Part shown: positions 50,322 to 59,820 of the stretch, in pieces | How the letters are laid out: each line of letters opens with the position of its first letter | Numbering within the stretch: position 1 is the stretch's first letter | NCBI GenBank assembly: GCA_963663895.2 | Contig: CAXXRD010000005.1 | Span: forward strand, 1-64,000 | DNA: 64,000 nucleotides | Direction of reading: 5' to 3' | DNA from: Dehalococcoidia bacterium | Lineage (GTDB): Bacteria; Chloroflexota; Dehalococcoidia; Bin125 | The notes under the pieces: model-generated | Databases searched by the model: none | Told to the model about the DNA's origin: nothing | Seen by the model: only the letters and a program-made list of their open reading frames with translations | Translations under genes and position numbers: made by a program

Positions 50322-51454
50322 GGGTGCAGCTCCGCCTCCAGCCACTGTAATGGGTCGACATCCCGGCCGTTGACGATGACTTCCCAATGGAGATGCGGGC
50401 CGGTTGAGGCGCCGGTCGATCCGATCAGCCCGATCTCCTGGCCTGCCCGCAGTTCCATGTCTGGGACGACGCTGATCGCCGCCATGTGCCAGTAGCCGCT
50501 GAAAACGCCCGCCCCATGATCGACGATCACACCTTGGCCGTGGATCGGCAGCGTTCCGGCGAAGACGACCACGCCCGCTGCCGCAGTCCAAATGGGCTGG
50601 CCCTGGTCCGCGACGATGTCATGGCCGTGGTGCCAACTGGTCACGGGGCCGCCGTTGTATGAGCGTGGGATGCCGAAGGGACTGTCGTCTTGGCCGTCGA
50701 CGGGCCGGATCCAGGGCCCCGACCAACGCGGAGGGCCGCTAACGTTGCTGTGCAGTTCGAATCGTACCGTGTCATCGATTGCGGCGTTCTCGGGCGTGAG
50801 CAACGTGATCACCTCGGGCGGCAGCGTGATCGCTTCTACCGGCTCTTGCGCGGCCGTCTCCTCCGGAGCGGGAGGCGGGAGTGACGGCGGGGGCTCCACC
50901 ACGAACTCCCCTACGAGAGAGTCCAGCAGCTCTCCGTCTGCGTTCAAGAGGCCGACCGTGAGCGTGCGGGCGCCTTCTGCCGCGATCGGGGTCACGGAGA
51001 CGTAGCCGAGCCAAACGGCGTCGTTGATCGAGACGAGCGGCGCCGTGCGACCTTCCGCCGTAACGCGCGCTTTCGCTGCGCCGGCCGCTCGGACCTCGAC
51101 GCGTGCGCTCTCTCCGGGGTGGATCGTCTCCGGCACGATGATGAGGCTGGCTTCCGGCTTGGGCGGCGGTTCCGGTTTCGGTCGTGACCTGGGCTCGGGA
51201 AGCGGGGGCGGTGAAGGCGGCGGCTCCGGCCTGGGCTTTGCTTCCGCGAGCGGTGATCCTCCTGGCATGGCGCTCGGCATCGTGACGACGGGCTCTGCGG
51301 GCGCTGGCGGAGCCGGCGGCGGCGCTTGGGACTCTGCCGGGGGCCCCTCGACTCCGTCACATGCTGCGTAGGTAAGGATCGCCGTTGCGCAAAGCACCAG
51401 GGAGAGCCACGCTGGCCAACGCCAAGCGTACAGTCGGTCTCTGGACAGGGCCAT
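50318..51454 (-). CDS. M23 family metallopeptidase, Pro-rich lipoprotein
   Basis: HHGHD (HxxxD), VDHG, YWH and STGPHLHWE; signal peptide ending in YAAC. Confidence 0.9.
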   Translation of the reverse strand: MALSRDRLYAWRWPAWLSLVLCATAILTYAACDGVEGPPAESQAPPPAPPAPAEPVVTMPSAMPGGSPLAEAKPRPEPPPSPPPLPEPRSRPKPEPPPKPEASLIIVPETIHPGESARVEVRAAGAAKARVTAEGRTAPLVSINDAVWLGYVSVTPIAAEGARTLTVGLLNADGELLDSLVGEFVVEPPPSLPPPAPEETAAQEPVEAITLPPEVITLLTPENAAIDDTVRFELHSNVSGPPRWSGPWIRPVDGQDDSPFGIPRSYNGGPVTSWHHGHDIVADQGQPIWTAAAGVVVFAGTLPIHGQGVIVDHGAGVFSGYWHMAAISVVPDMELRAGQEIGLIGSTGASTGPHLHWEVIVNGRDVDPLQWLEAELHP

Positions 51455-51530
51455 TTAAACCTCGCCCCGCGCCATGGAGAAGTCTTGGATAGGGTACGGT
51501 ACCCTGCGCGCTAAAGCCCACCGGGAGCCG

Positions 51531-51929
51531 ATGTCTGTGGCAGAACCTGACCCCTCTCTCCAACCGCGCAAACCGCGCATCATTGAGAAGCCGTGGGGAC
51601 GCGAGACGATCTTGGCCGAAACCGAGTGCTACGCGGGCAAGATCTTATTTGTGGCGCGTGGGAGCCGCCTGAGCCTGCAGCACCACGAGCACAAGAGCGA
51701 GACCATGTATCTCCTGCATGGTCGCATCCGGCTCTCCGTCGGTCGCTCGCAGGACGACCTGCAGGAGGTCGAGCTCGGCCAGGGCGAGCTGATCGACCTG
51801 CCGGTGGGGACGGTCCACCGCGTGCAGGCGCTTGAGGATTCGCAGATCATCGAAGCCTCGAGTCCGGAGCTGGATGACATCGTCCGGCTGGCCGATGACT
51901 TTGGGCGGGAGGGCACCTCCGCCCCTTAA
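51531..51929 (+). CDS. Cupin domain protein (mannose-6-phosphate isomerase type II C-terminal-like)
   Basis: EKPWG, RLSLQHHEHKSE, GTVHR and DDIVRLADDFGR. Confidence 0.85.
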   Translation: MSVAEPDPSLQPRKPRIIEKPWGRETILAETECYAGKILFVARGSRLSLQHHEHKSETMYLLHGRIRLSVGRSQDDLQEVELGQGELIDLPVGTVHRVQALEDSQIIEASSPELDDIVRLADDFGREGTSAP

Positions 51930-52127
51930 TCCGGGTCCCGGTTCCCGCTCGTCCGTTCCGCCGCCTGATCGGCCGCCCGGTAACGGGCGTGGCGGCCGGC
52001 GTCCGCCGGGAGAGTGCGCCGGGGTATCGCGTTCCCCAGCCGATCCGGCGTGGTGTCGCCGCTGCCGATCTCCCGCTTATCATCCATGCACCGGCGGCAG
52101 GCGGCTGCCACCGAGCTGTGGAGGTGT

Positions 52128-52712
52128 GTGACGGACCGCGACGTGGTCGCCCGCCTGCTGCAACGGGTCGCCGAGGGCGACGAGGAGGCGCTGCGTCTCC
52201 TCTGGCGGGAGAACGGGCGCTTGGCTTTCACGATCGCCTTCCGGATCCTCGGCCGCGAAGACCGCGCCGAGGACGTAGTCCAAGAGCTCTTTATCCGGGT
52301 CTGGAGGAACGCGGCATCGTTCCACTCAACCCGCGCGGGTTTTCACACGTGGCTCACACGCGTGGTGCGGAACCTTTGCGTCGATATGATCCGGCGCGAG
52401 GACCCGATCGAGCGCGCGGGTGCCATCACGGACGTCGAGCACTGGCTTTCCTTCAGTGATCCCGTTGATCCGATCGCCGTCAACCGGTTCGCGGTTCGGG
52501 AGGCCTTCCTCCAGGTCCCGGTCACGCAGAGTCGCGTGCTTGAGATGGCCTACTTCGAAGGGCTCACGTATGGGGAGATCGCCGAGCGGCTGGGGATTTC
52601 CACGGGCACGGTCAAGTCACGCATGCGGCTGGGGCTGCGGGGCATGCGGCGGTATCTGGAAGAGCTGCGGCTCGGGGAGTCGCAAGCGGCGCAGGGAGCG
52701 AGCCGGCGCTGA
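52128..52712 (+). CDS. ECF sigma factor (SigK-like)
   Basis: AEDVVQELFIRVW, TWL, AYFEGLTYGEIAERLG and GTVKSRMRLGL. Confidence 0.9.
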   Translation: MTDRDVVARLLQRVAEGDEEALRLLWRENGRLAFTIAFRILGREDRAEDVVQELFIRVWRNAASFHSTRAGFHTWLTRVVRNLCVDMIRREDPIERAGAITDVEHWLSFSDPVDPIAVNRFAVREAFLQVPVTQSRVLEMAYFEGLTYGEIAERLGISTGTVKSRMRLGLRGMRRYLEELRLGESQAAQGASRR

Positions 52713-53410
52713 TGGACCGCGAGTCCGCCCGCGATCTGCTTGCTCCCTATGCGCTGGGCGCCTTGCCGGAAGAGGAGGCGCGCGCGCTCCAGCAGGCGCT
52801 GCTGGAGTGGCCCGAGGGACGCGCCGAGCTCGCGCAGCTGATCGCCGTCGCCGACGCATTGCCCGTCGCGCTCACCGAGGAACGGCCGCCTTTGGGTCTA
52901 GAGGGCCGCATCATCGCGAAGGCGCGCCAGCGCCGCCGACCGTTCCGTTCCCTCATGATCGGGCGGCGGCCGCAGCGGGCCGCTTTGCGCTTTCTCCCGC
53001 ATCTGCTGGCGGTCGGCTTCGCGGCGGCCGCGGCGGTGCTGGCCGTGATGCTGTTCGTGGAGATCGGGAGCGACGGCGTTCCCTCCGGAGGCCGCTGGAT
53101 CGACCTCGCCGGCACGGACAGTGCCGGTGCTTACGTGACCTACACCGACGGCCGGCCGATCGGCATCGTGTTCCGCGGCCTCGATCCGCCGCCGGAGGAT
53201 CGGATCTACCAGCTGCACCGACTCCGTTCGGATGGAGTTCGCGTTTCCGACGTGCACTTTCTCCCTCGGGACGACGGGTGGGCAGCCGTGGCGCTGGTCC
53301 TGCCTGTAGACGAGATGCTCGTTGGATTCGGGATCACGATCGAGCCGATCGAAGAGGACGATCCGGATCCTTCCAGCGAATTCCCGCCGATCACGTTCCC
53401 CGCCCGCTAG
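52712..53410 (+). CDS. Anti-sigma factor (RskA-like)
   Basis: LLAPYALGAL, one TM, YQL and GITIEP; TGATG coupling to the sigma gene. Confidence 0.8.
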   Translation: MDRESARDLLAPYALGALPEEEARALQQALLEWPEGRAELAQLIAVADALPVALTEERPPLGLEGRIIAKARQRRRPFRSLMIGRRPQRAALRFLPHLLAVGFAAAAAVLAVMLFVEIGSDGVPSGGRWIDLAGTDSAGAYVTYTDGRPIGIVFRGLDPPPEDRIYQLHRLRSDGVRVSDVHFLPRDDGWAAVALVLPVDEMLVGFGITIEPIEEDDPDPSSEFPPITFPAR

Positions 53411-53541
53411 CGATATTGCGCGTTGAACGGCTGGGCGGACCGAACGGAGATCCTTGTCCCGCTGAGTGACCGATGTGGAGTGGTTCCTCCGTATAGGTTT
53501 CAGCAATCTAGCCCTACTGCGACCCCGCCGCTCCTCGTAGC

Positions 53542-54258
53542 ATGAGCGGGATGTCGACGGCTGAGCTTCCGAAATCGACAAAAGAGCGGCCGCCGCTGCA
53601 TCCTTCCACGCGCCTGGTGCTGGTGCGTCACGGACAGGCGGGAGGCGCCGGTGTCCCGTACGCCGACGATGTGCCGCTGACGGCGACCGGCCGGCGGCAG
53701 GCCGAGCGTACCGCGGAGGTGATTGCGCTAAATGGATCAGGCGCTGGGATCGCCGCGATCTATAGCAGCCCGCACCGCCGCGCGCTCGACTCGGCCCGCG
53801 CACTGGCGGCACGCATGCCGTGTGAGCCGCAGGTCGACGATCGCCTCATGGAGTTCCGGTTGGGCTGCGAGGACACGCAGTCGATCGACGAGATCGTGGA
53901 GGAGCTGCGCTACCTCATGCTCTGGCGTCCTCACGATAAGGAGAGCGATCGAGGAGAGAGCCTGTGGCAGTTCCAGTCCCGGGTCTCCGCTTTCCTGGAC
54001 GAGGTGAGCAACGCTTGTCTGGGCCGCACCGCGGTCATCTTCACGCATGGGGGCACGATCGCGGCGGCGATGCGCTGGGCCTACGGCCTCACGCCCGAGC
54101 ACGATTGGCACTCCGATGTCGAGCTCTTCAACGCTTCCATAACCGAGGTGGAGTTTTGGCCCAACGGGCGGCATGCTCTGAGTGCGCCCTACGCGTCTGT
54201 CATCCATCGCCTCAATGACATCCGGCATCTGCCTGCCGACTTAGTCACGGCCTACTAG
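53542..54258 (+). CDS. Histidine phosphatase (phosphoglycerate mutase family)
   Basis: LVRHGQ, YSSP..RA, GES, THGG and NASIT. Confidence 0.9.
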   Translation: MSGMSTAELPKSTKERPPLHPSTRLVLVRHGQAGGAGVPYADDVPLTATGRRQAERTAEVIALNGSGAGIAAIYSSPHRRALDSARALAARMPCEPQVDDRLMEFRLGCEDTQSIDEIVEELRYLMLWRPHDKESDRGESLWQFQSRVSAFLDEVSNACLGRTAVIFTHGGTIAAAMRWAYGLTPEHDWHSDVELFNASITEVEFWPNGRHALSAPYASVIHRLNDIRHLPADLVTAY

Positions 54259-54296
54259 CTATTCCCGCGCTCGGCGCGGGCGGTATCCTGAACCGC

Positions 54297-55202
54297 ATGG
54301 ATGCGTTGACCGTTCGCGACCACCCTCCCTTGGAGCGGCCTATCCTGGTCGCCGCCTTTCTCGGCTGGAATGACGCAGCCGAGTCGGCGAGCAACGCAGT
54401 GCGCTATCTCCGCCGGCTGAAGCCCACCAAGCATTTCGCCGAGATCGATCCCGAGGAGTTCTTTGTCTTCACGGAGCGGCGGCCTCAAGTGCGCTTGACG
54501 CTCGGGCGCCAGCGGGAGATTAGCTGGCCGAGCATGAAGTTCTCCTACCTCCAGCTTGATCAGCCGAAGCTCGATCTCGTCCTCGGCCTCGCGACGGAGC
54601 CCCACCTCCAATGGAAGCGGTTTACCCGCCTGATCGTGCAGTTCGCGAAGGAGTTGGAGGTGCGGGAGGTCGTGACGCTCGGCGGCTTGCTGGCCGACAC
54701 GCCCCATACAAGGCCCGTGCCGCTCACGGGCATCGCGAGTGATCCGGAGCGCGCCGAGGCTCTCGGGTTCAAGCCGTCGCATTACCAGGGACCGACTGGG
54801 ATCGTCGGCGTGCTCAACGACGCTTGCCGTCGTGAGGGTCTCCCCTACATCAGCCTCTGGGCCAATGTCCCCCACTACGTCGCTGGCATCCATAACCCGC
54901 GGGCTACGCAGGCCCTCTTGCGCCAGTTCAGCATGATCTACGGGTTGGACCTCAACCTGGACGACCTCGACCGTCGCGCCGTGCGCTATGAGTCGGAGAT
55001 CGAGAAGGCCATCAAAGACAATCCGGAGATCCAGGAGTATGTCCAGCGCCTTGAGGCAGCGGCCGATGAGTCGGAGGATGAAGATGCCGCCGCGCCGCCC
55101 CCTCGTCCAGAGCTGCACAGCTCCGATGTCCTCGCGGAGGTGGACCGGCTGCTCCGGCGGGATGACTCCCCGCAGGATCCGGGTCCGCTGGCAGAGCGCT
55201 AG
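54297..55202 (+). CDS. PAC2 family protein, copy 2
   Basis: GWNDAA, IDPEEFF, EPHLQW, PHTRP, YQGPTGIVGV and WANVPHY. Confidence 0.9.
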   Translation: MDALTVRDHPPLERPILVAAFLGWNDAAESASNAVRYLRRLKPTKHFAEIDPEEFFVFTERRPQVRLTLGRQREISWPSMKFSYLQLDQPKLDLVLGLATEPHLQWKRFTRLIVQFAKELEVREVVTLGGLLADTPHTRPVPLTGIASDPERAEALGFKPSHYQGPTGIVGVLNDACRREGLPYISLWANVPHYVAGIHNPRATQALLRQFSMIYGLDLNLDDLDRRAVRYESEIEKAIKDNPEIQEYVQRLEAAADESEDEDAAAPPPRPELHSSDVLAEVDRLLRRDDSPQDPGPLAER

Positions 55203-55213
55203 CCGTTCCGCTG

Positions 55214-55897
55214 ATGCCTGACGCCAGCGAAGCGCCCTTCGTCAACGAGCTTGAAGTCCGGGGCGTGGTCGTCGGCGTGTTCCAAGAGAATTGCTGGATC
55301 ATCGGCAACCGGCGCACACACGAGGCGATCTGCGTCGATCCGGGCGGGCAGCCCGATGAGATCCTGCATCTCGCGAGCGAGATGGGGATGACGATCAAGC
55401 TGATCGCCTGTTCGCACGCGCACATCGACCACGTGCTCGGCGTGCGGGCGATCCAGGCCCAGACGGGAGCCTCTTTCTTACTGCACGCTGCGGACCTGGA
55501 GATTCTGCGTACGGTCCCCCTCAGCGCCCAGCGATTCGGTCTGAACGCGGAGGCTCCGCCCGCGCCCGACGCCACTCTCGACACCATTACCAAGCTTGAG
55601 ATCGATGGGCTGTCGCTGGATGTGATCCACACGCCCGGCCATACGCCCGGCAGCACCTGCTTCTATACCAACGAGCTCCTCTTCAGCGGCGATACGCTCT
55701 TCCAGGCCAGCATTGGCCGAACCGACCTGCCCGGCGGCGACCATGCCCAGGAGATGGCGAGCATCGTCGATAAACTGCTGCTCCTTCCGGACGAGACGAT
55801 CGTCTTGCCCGGACACATGGACCAGACGACCATCGGCCACGAGCGTGAGAAGAATCCCTTCGTGCGCATGGAGCTACAGGCGCGCGGCCGCGCCTAG
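55214..55897 (+). CDS. MBL-fold metallo-hydrolase (glyoxalase II/YcbL-like)
   Basis: SHAHIDH, TPGHTPG, FSGDTLF and PGH. Confidence 0.92.
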   Translation: MPDASEAPFVNELEVRGVVVGVFQENCWIIGNRRTHEAICVDPGGQPDEILHLASEMGMTIKLIACSHAHIDHVLGVRAIQAQTGASFLLHAADLEILRTVPLSAQRFGLNAEAPPAPDATLDTITKLEIDGLSLDVIHTPGHTPGSTCFYTNELLFSGDTLFQASIGRTDLPGGDHAQEMASIVDKLLLLPDETIVLPGHMDQTTIGHEREKNPFVRMELQARGRA

Positions 55898-55914
55898 CAA
55901 GCAAGGAGGTCACG

Positions 55915-56376
55915 ATGCCCAGCAAGGCCGAAGAGCTCAGCGCGATGGATGCCGCTTTCCAGCGGCTCATCGACATCGTTCGTCCTATTGATGACGCCCA
56001 CGGCACTTGGAAAGAGGCGCACGGTACCTGGTCCGTCGTGAACCTGCTCCAGCATATGGACGGGTGGTTGCGTGAGATGACTCCTGCGCTCGAGCGGCTC
56101 GCCCAGGGCGAACGTCCGACCCCCGCGGGCGTCGACTACAGTAACTTCGACGCGTGGAACGCGAAGTTCGTCGAGGTGCGCGGCGAGCAGACCGTGGCCG
56201 AGGCGATCGCGGCGATCGAAGAGAGCTACGCTGCCTTCCGCGCCGGTGCGGAAGAGGTCGACACCGGCCGTTTCGGCGACAACAAGACCGCCAATCGCCT
56301 TGTCGACGCCAGCGGTACGCACCACTTTAACGAGCATGCCGACGACATCGAGAAGTACCTCGCCGGCACCCACTAA
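55915..56376 (+). CDS. DinB/DfsB-like four-helix bundle protein
   Basis: WSVVNLLQH..W and HFNEH; AAGGAGG RBS. Confidence 0.75.
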   Translation: MPSKAEELSAMDAAFQRLIDIVRPIDDAHGTWKEAHGTWSVVNLLQHMDGWLREMTPALERLAQGERPTPAGVDYSNFDAWNAKFVEVRGEQTVAEAIAAIEESYAAFRAGAEEVDTGRFGDNKTANRLVDASGTHHFNEHADDIEKYLAGTH

Positions 56377-56386
56377 ACTGGCGCGC

Positions 56387-56893
56387 ATGTCCGAGCCAAC
56401 AGGCGCCCGCGATGGGCAAGCTGCCGACGAGAGCCTGATCACGCCCGCGATGCAAGCCGCCATCGGGAGCGAGGGCGAGCCCGTGCGCGTCGAGATCAGC
56501 CGCGAAATCGTGCGGCGCATGGCGGAGGCGCTCGACGAGGATGATCCCGCTATCCTCGCCGCCATTGACGGCGACGATCCCCATCCCGTTGTTCCCTCGT
56601 ACGCCTTGATCTGCATCCTCTCGCACATGAGCGAGATGCGCGTGCCCGACGTCCCCGGCCACGGGCTCATGGCCGCCGACGACTGGACGTACCTCAACCC
56701 AGTGCGGGTGGGCGATCGCATCACGGTCCGCCCGCGTGTCGCCGATATCCAGGAGCGCATCGGCGGGCGCGTGGGACATTCGCTGTTCGTGCGGCATGAG
56801 TGGATCTGTGAGAACCAGGCCGGGGTCGAGATCGCTCGCGTGCGGCGGACGATCGCGCACTATCCGGAGCGCGATCCCGCGGGGAGCGCATGA
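56387..56893 (+). CDS. MaoC/hotdog dehydratase subunit (N-terminal type)
   Basis: VRRMAEAL..., PVRVGDRIT and NQAG; ATGA coupled to the next gene. Confidence 0.75.
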   Translation: MSEPTGARDGQAADESLITPAMQAAIGSEGEPVRVEISREIVRRMAEALDEDDPAILAAIDGDDPHPVVPSYALICILSHMSEMRVPDVPGHGLMAADDWTYLNPVRVGDRITVRPRVADIQERIGGRVGHSLFVRHEWICENQAGVEIARVRRTIAHYPERDPAGSA

Positions 56894-57312
56894 ACGCGCC
56901 GCGTACGTATGCCGAGATTCGGGAAGGGGAGGAGCTGCCGCCGCAGGAGCGCCTCCCCACGCACCGCAAGGTCCTGATGTTCATCGGCGCCTCGTGGCAG
57001 TGGGTGCCGCAGTTCCACGAGCAGGCGACCGCGGAGCGGATGGGACTAGAAGGCCCTATCGTCCCCGGTCCCGCGCGGATGGCTTTCTTGGAGCAGTTCC
57101 TGCGGCGCTGGCTCGGCGGCGCCGGGACCCTCAAGCGCATTCATATCACCCACCGCCGGCCCGATTACCACGACCGGCCGATCACGATCGGGGGAATGGT
57201 CACTCGCAAATACGAGGAGGAGGGCGGCAAGCTCGTCGATTTCGAGCTGTGGATCGAGAACCAGGCGGGCCTGCCCTCGGTCCGCGGCAACGCCACCGTC
57301 GCCTTCGACTAG
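56890..57312 (+). CDS. MaoC/hotdog dehydratase subunit
   Basis: IREGEELP, FHEQATAERMGL..PIVPG, VTRKY and ENQAG. Confidence 0.78.
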   Translation: MNAPRTYAEIREGEELPPQERLPTHRKVLMFIGASWQWVPQFHEQATAERMGLEGPIVPGPARMAFLEQFLRRWLGGAGTLKRIHITHRRPDYHDRPITIGGMVTRKYEEEGGKLVDFELWIENQAGLPSVRGNATVAFD

Positions 57313-57395
57313 CCCTCACGGTCTTTCCAGCGGCTATCATTCAGCCTGCTTCCCCGCAGCGAGCCCCTTGGGCACTTGGAGGAAAACGCAAGAAG

Positions 57396-57797
57396 ATGTC
57401 TCTCAGCACCGAAGACCGACAAGCCATACTCGACCTCGCCGCCCGCTATAACCAGGCCATCGATAGCGCCGACATTGATGGTTGGATCGCTTGCTGGACC
57501 CCGGACGCCCACTTTGACCCGCCGGGCAGGGCCGTGTTCGACGGCCCGGATGGCCTCCGGCAGTTCGCCGAGGGGCACATCGCCCAGTTCCCCAATACCC
57601 GGCACTGGAACGCGAATCATGTGATCGCCGGAGCCGGCGAGAGCGCCACGATGTCGTGCTATCTCAACTTCTTCGGCGTGAAGGGCGGTCCCAAGCTGCT
57701 TGCGGCCGGGACCTACCAGGACACGCTGCGCAAGGTCGATGGCGCATGGCTGTTCGCGACGCGCAAGGTGATGATCGACCGCGCGCCGGACGGCTAG
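57396..57797 (+). CDS. NTF2/SnoaL-like protein
   Basis: DRQAILDLAARY..AID, RH, YQDTLRKVDGAWLFATR. Confidence 0.85.
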   Translation: MSLSTEDRQAILDLAARYNQAIDSADIDGWIACWTPDAHFDPPGRAVFDGPDGLRQFAEGHIAQFPNTRHWNANHVIAGAGESATMSCYLNFFGVKGGPKLLAAGTYQDTLRKVDGAWLFATRKVMIDRAPDG

Positions 57798-57802
57798 GCG
57801 CG

Positions 57803-58234
57803 ATGCCCCTCACCGCGGCCGACAAGCTGGAGATCCTGGATCTCGTGGGCCGCTATTGCCAGGCGGTCGATGCGGGTGATGGCCCCGGCTACGCCGATAC
57901 GTACGTTCCGGACGGGACGTTCGAGATGCCTGTCGGCCGCGTCGAGGGACGCGAGGCCTTAATTGAAATGGTCGACGTGATCCAGGCTGCCATGCCGGGA
58001 GTCCGCCACATGTCCAGCAACTGGGTCATTGAGGGCGATGAGGACCTGGCGACGATGCGCTGCTACATGTTGATCAAGGTCCACGATCCCGACAGCGGTG
58101 GCCAGAAGACGCCGCCGCCGAAGTTGGTGGCCACGGGGATTTACGACGATAGGCTGCGCCGGGTCGAGGGCGCTTGGAAGTTCGTCTCCCGCAAGATCAA
58201 CGTCGAGTGCTGGGACTGGCCCGACTGGCCTTAG
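57803..58234 (+). CDS. NTF2/SnoaL-like protein (tandem paralog)
   Basis: DKLEILDLVGRY..AVD, RH, YDDRLRRVEGAWKFVSR. Confidence 0.85.
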   Translation: MPLTAADKLEILDLVGRYCQAVDAGDGPGYADTYVPDGTFEMPVGRVEGREALIEMVDVIQAAMPGVRHMSSNWVIEGDEDLATMRCYMLIKVHDPDSGGQKTPPPKLVATGIYDDRLRRVEGAWKFVSRKINVECWDWPDWP

Positions 58235-58248
58235 CAAATCCGGTGGCG

Positions 58249-59676
58249 CTAGGCGCCGTCGTCGGGCGCCGGCGCCTCGCTCCCACTGTCGCCCTCGGCA
58301 GGCGGCTCCTCGGCCGGCACTGCTTCTGTCGGCTGGAGGGGCACGGCGCCCCCCGAGAAGCCGACGGGGATCAGCAATGGGTCGCCGACCGCGATCTGGT
58401 TTGGGTTCGTGATGCCGCTGAGGACGGCGATCGCCGCCACCGAGGTGTCGAACTCCTGGGCGAGCGCCGAGAGGGAGTCGCCTTCCTGCACCGTCCAGGG
58501 AATTTGGTTGGGCCAGTCCCGCAGCGCCTCCACCACCGCGGGCGGCAGGGCCACGATCGCGGCGCCGAACGGGTCGATGGGCGCAGCCGGGGTCGGCTCC
58601 ACGGGCTCTTCTGATGTCTCGGGCTCGGCCAGGTCCAGAGCGAACCCGATGGGGACGTCGAGCACTTGTCCTTCGAAGATCCTTCCGGGATCGTCGAGTT
58701 GGTTGTAGATCGCGATCGCCTCGATCGTCGTCCCGAACTCCCGGGCGATCGCCGCCACCGAGTCCCCGCTGCGTACGGTCCATTCCTGGATGACCGGCCA
58801 CGCCTCCAACTGCTCGAGTGGGGTGAGCTGCTCCTCTGCGGCGACTGCGGCGGCCGGCGTGGCGGCGTCCACGTCCGCCGTGTCGGCGGGCGCTGCCTCC
58901 TCCGTGCTGCTGCCTTCGCCGGCGGGCTCCTGCGCCGCCGCCGCGCTCTCGGCGGCTGGGGAGGGATCGTCTGCGGGCGCCGTGGCGTCGATGGCGCTGG
59001 TTTCGTCCACCGTCGCAACGATCCCGAGATCGTCCTCGTCGTCGCTCATGAGTGCGACCACGGTTCCCAGCACGGCGGGGACGAGCACCACGAACAGTCC
59101 CAGGAGAGCCCACTGCAGGGGCGTCGCTGGCAGAGGCACGCGGTGGCGGAGGCGGCGGCCGATGGCGATCCAAGAAGGCGCGGGCCCCGGTGGCTGCTCG
59201 CGCTTGCCCACGAAGACTTGGCAGGTGCGGAATTGGAACTGATCGCCGATGCAGAACGTCGTCTGATAGCGCTCGTGGATGGCGGCGGCCGCGCCGGTTC
59301 GCGTGCAGACGTGGTCCTCGCGTGCGTAGGCTGCCGCGGTCGCGGAGTCGTCGCGTAGAGCGAGATAGGGGCAGATCGTCGACGGGGTGGGGATCGTGTA
59401 GGGCTCTTCGTCCGCCTCTGCGCGTTCGACAACGGACGGTTGCCGTTCGAGCGGCGCGATCGGGGGCGGCGGGACGGGCAACGCTGGCCCGTGTGCGGAC
59501 GGCGTTGCCGTTTCAGCGGTTGCCCCCATCGCGTCTGCGGGTTGGTCGTCTGCCTGTGGGGACTCTTGTGGGGCTCCCGGTGCCTGAGGCGGCAGCGGCA
59601 GAGGCGGGTCGGGCTGGCCGTTAGCGATCTCTGGGGACAAGCCGCACCTCGTTGCCCCGCCCCAACTATTGTGCAT
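58249..59676 (-). CDS. Membrane-anchored protein with two LysM domains and an N-terminal Cys-rich module
   Basis: CPYL..D...HVC...FC...TC, one TM, an acidic linker, then WTVRSGDSVAAIA and WTVQEGDSLSALA LysMs. Start uncertain. Confidence 0.8.
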   Translation of the reverse strand: MHNSWGGATRCGLSPEIANGQPDPPLPLPPQAPGAPQESPQADDQPADAMGATAETATPSAHGPALPVPPPPIAPLERQPSVVERAEADEEPYTIPTPSTICPYLALRDDSATAAAYAREDHVCTRTGAAAAIHERYQTTFCIGDQFQFRTCQVFVGKREQPPGPAPSWIAIGRRLRHRVPLPATPLQWALLGLFVVLVPAVLGTVVALMSDDEDDLGIVATVDETSAIDATAPADDPSPAAESAAAAQEPAGEGSSTEEAAPADTADVDAATPAAAVAAEEQLTPLEQLEAWPVIQEWTVRSGDSVAAIAREFGTTIEAIAIYNQLDDPGRIFEGQVLDVPIGFALDLAEPETSEEPVEPTPAAPIDPFGAAIVALPPAVVEALRDWPNQIPWTVQEGDSLSALAQEFDTSVAAIAVLSGITNPNQIAVGDPLLIPVGFSGGAVPLQPTEAVPAEEPPAEGDSGSEAPAPDDGA

Positions 59677-59820
59677 CCACTATCCCTACCCGGCAACTGT
59701 GGACTGTCTGCTGGTGCGAAATGGGCCGGGTGTCTTGTTGCCGCCTTTCTCTTTCCTTGCACCGCGATGCGGCCCGTCGTACAGTGCCTGTCTTGCGTAC
59801 CCGGTTCGGGAGCGCTGGCG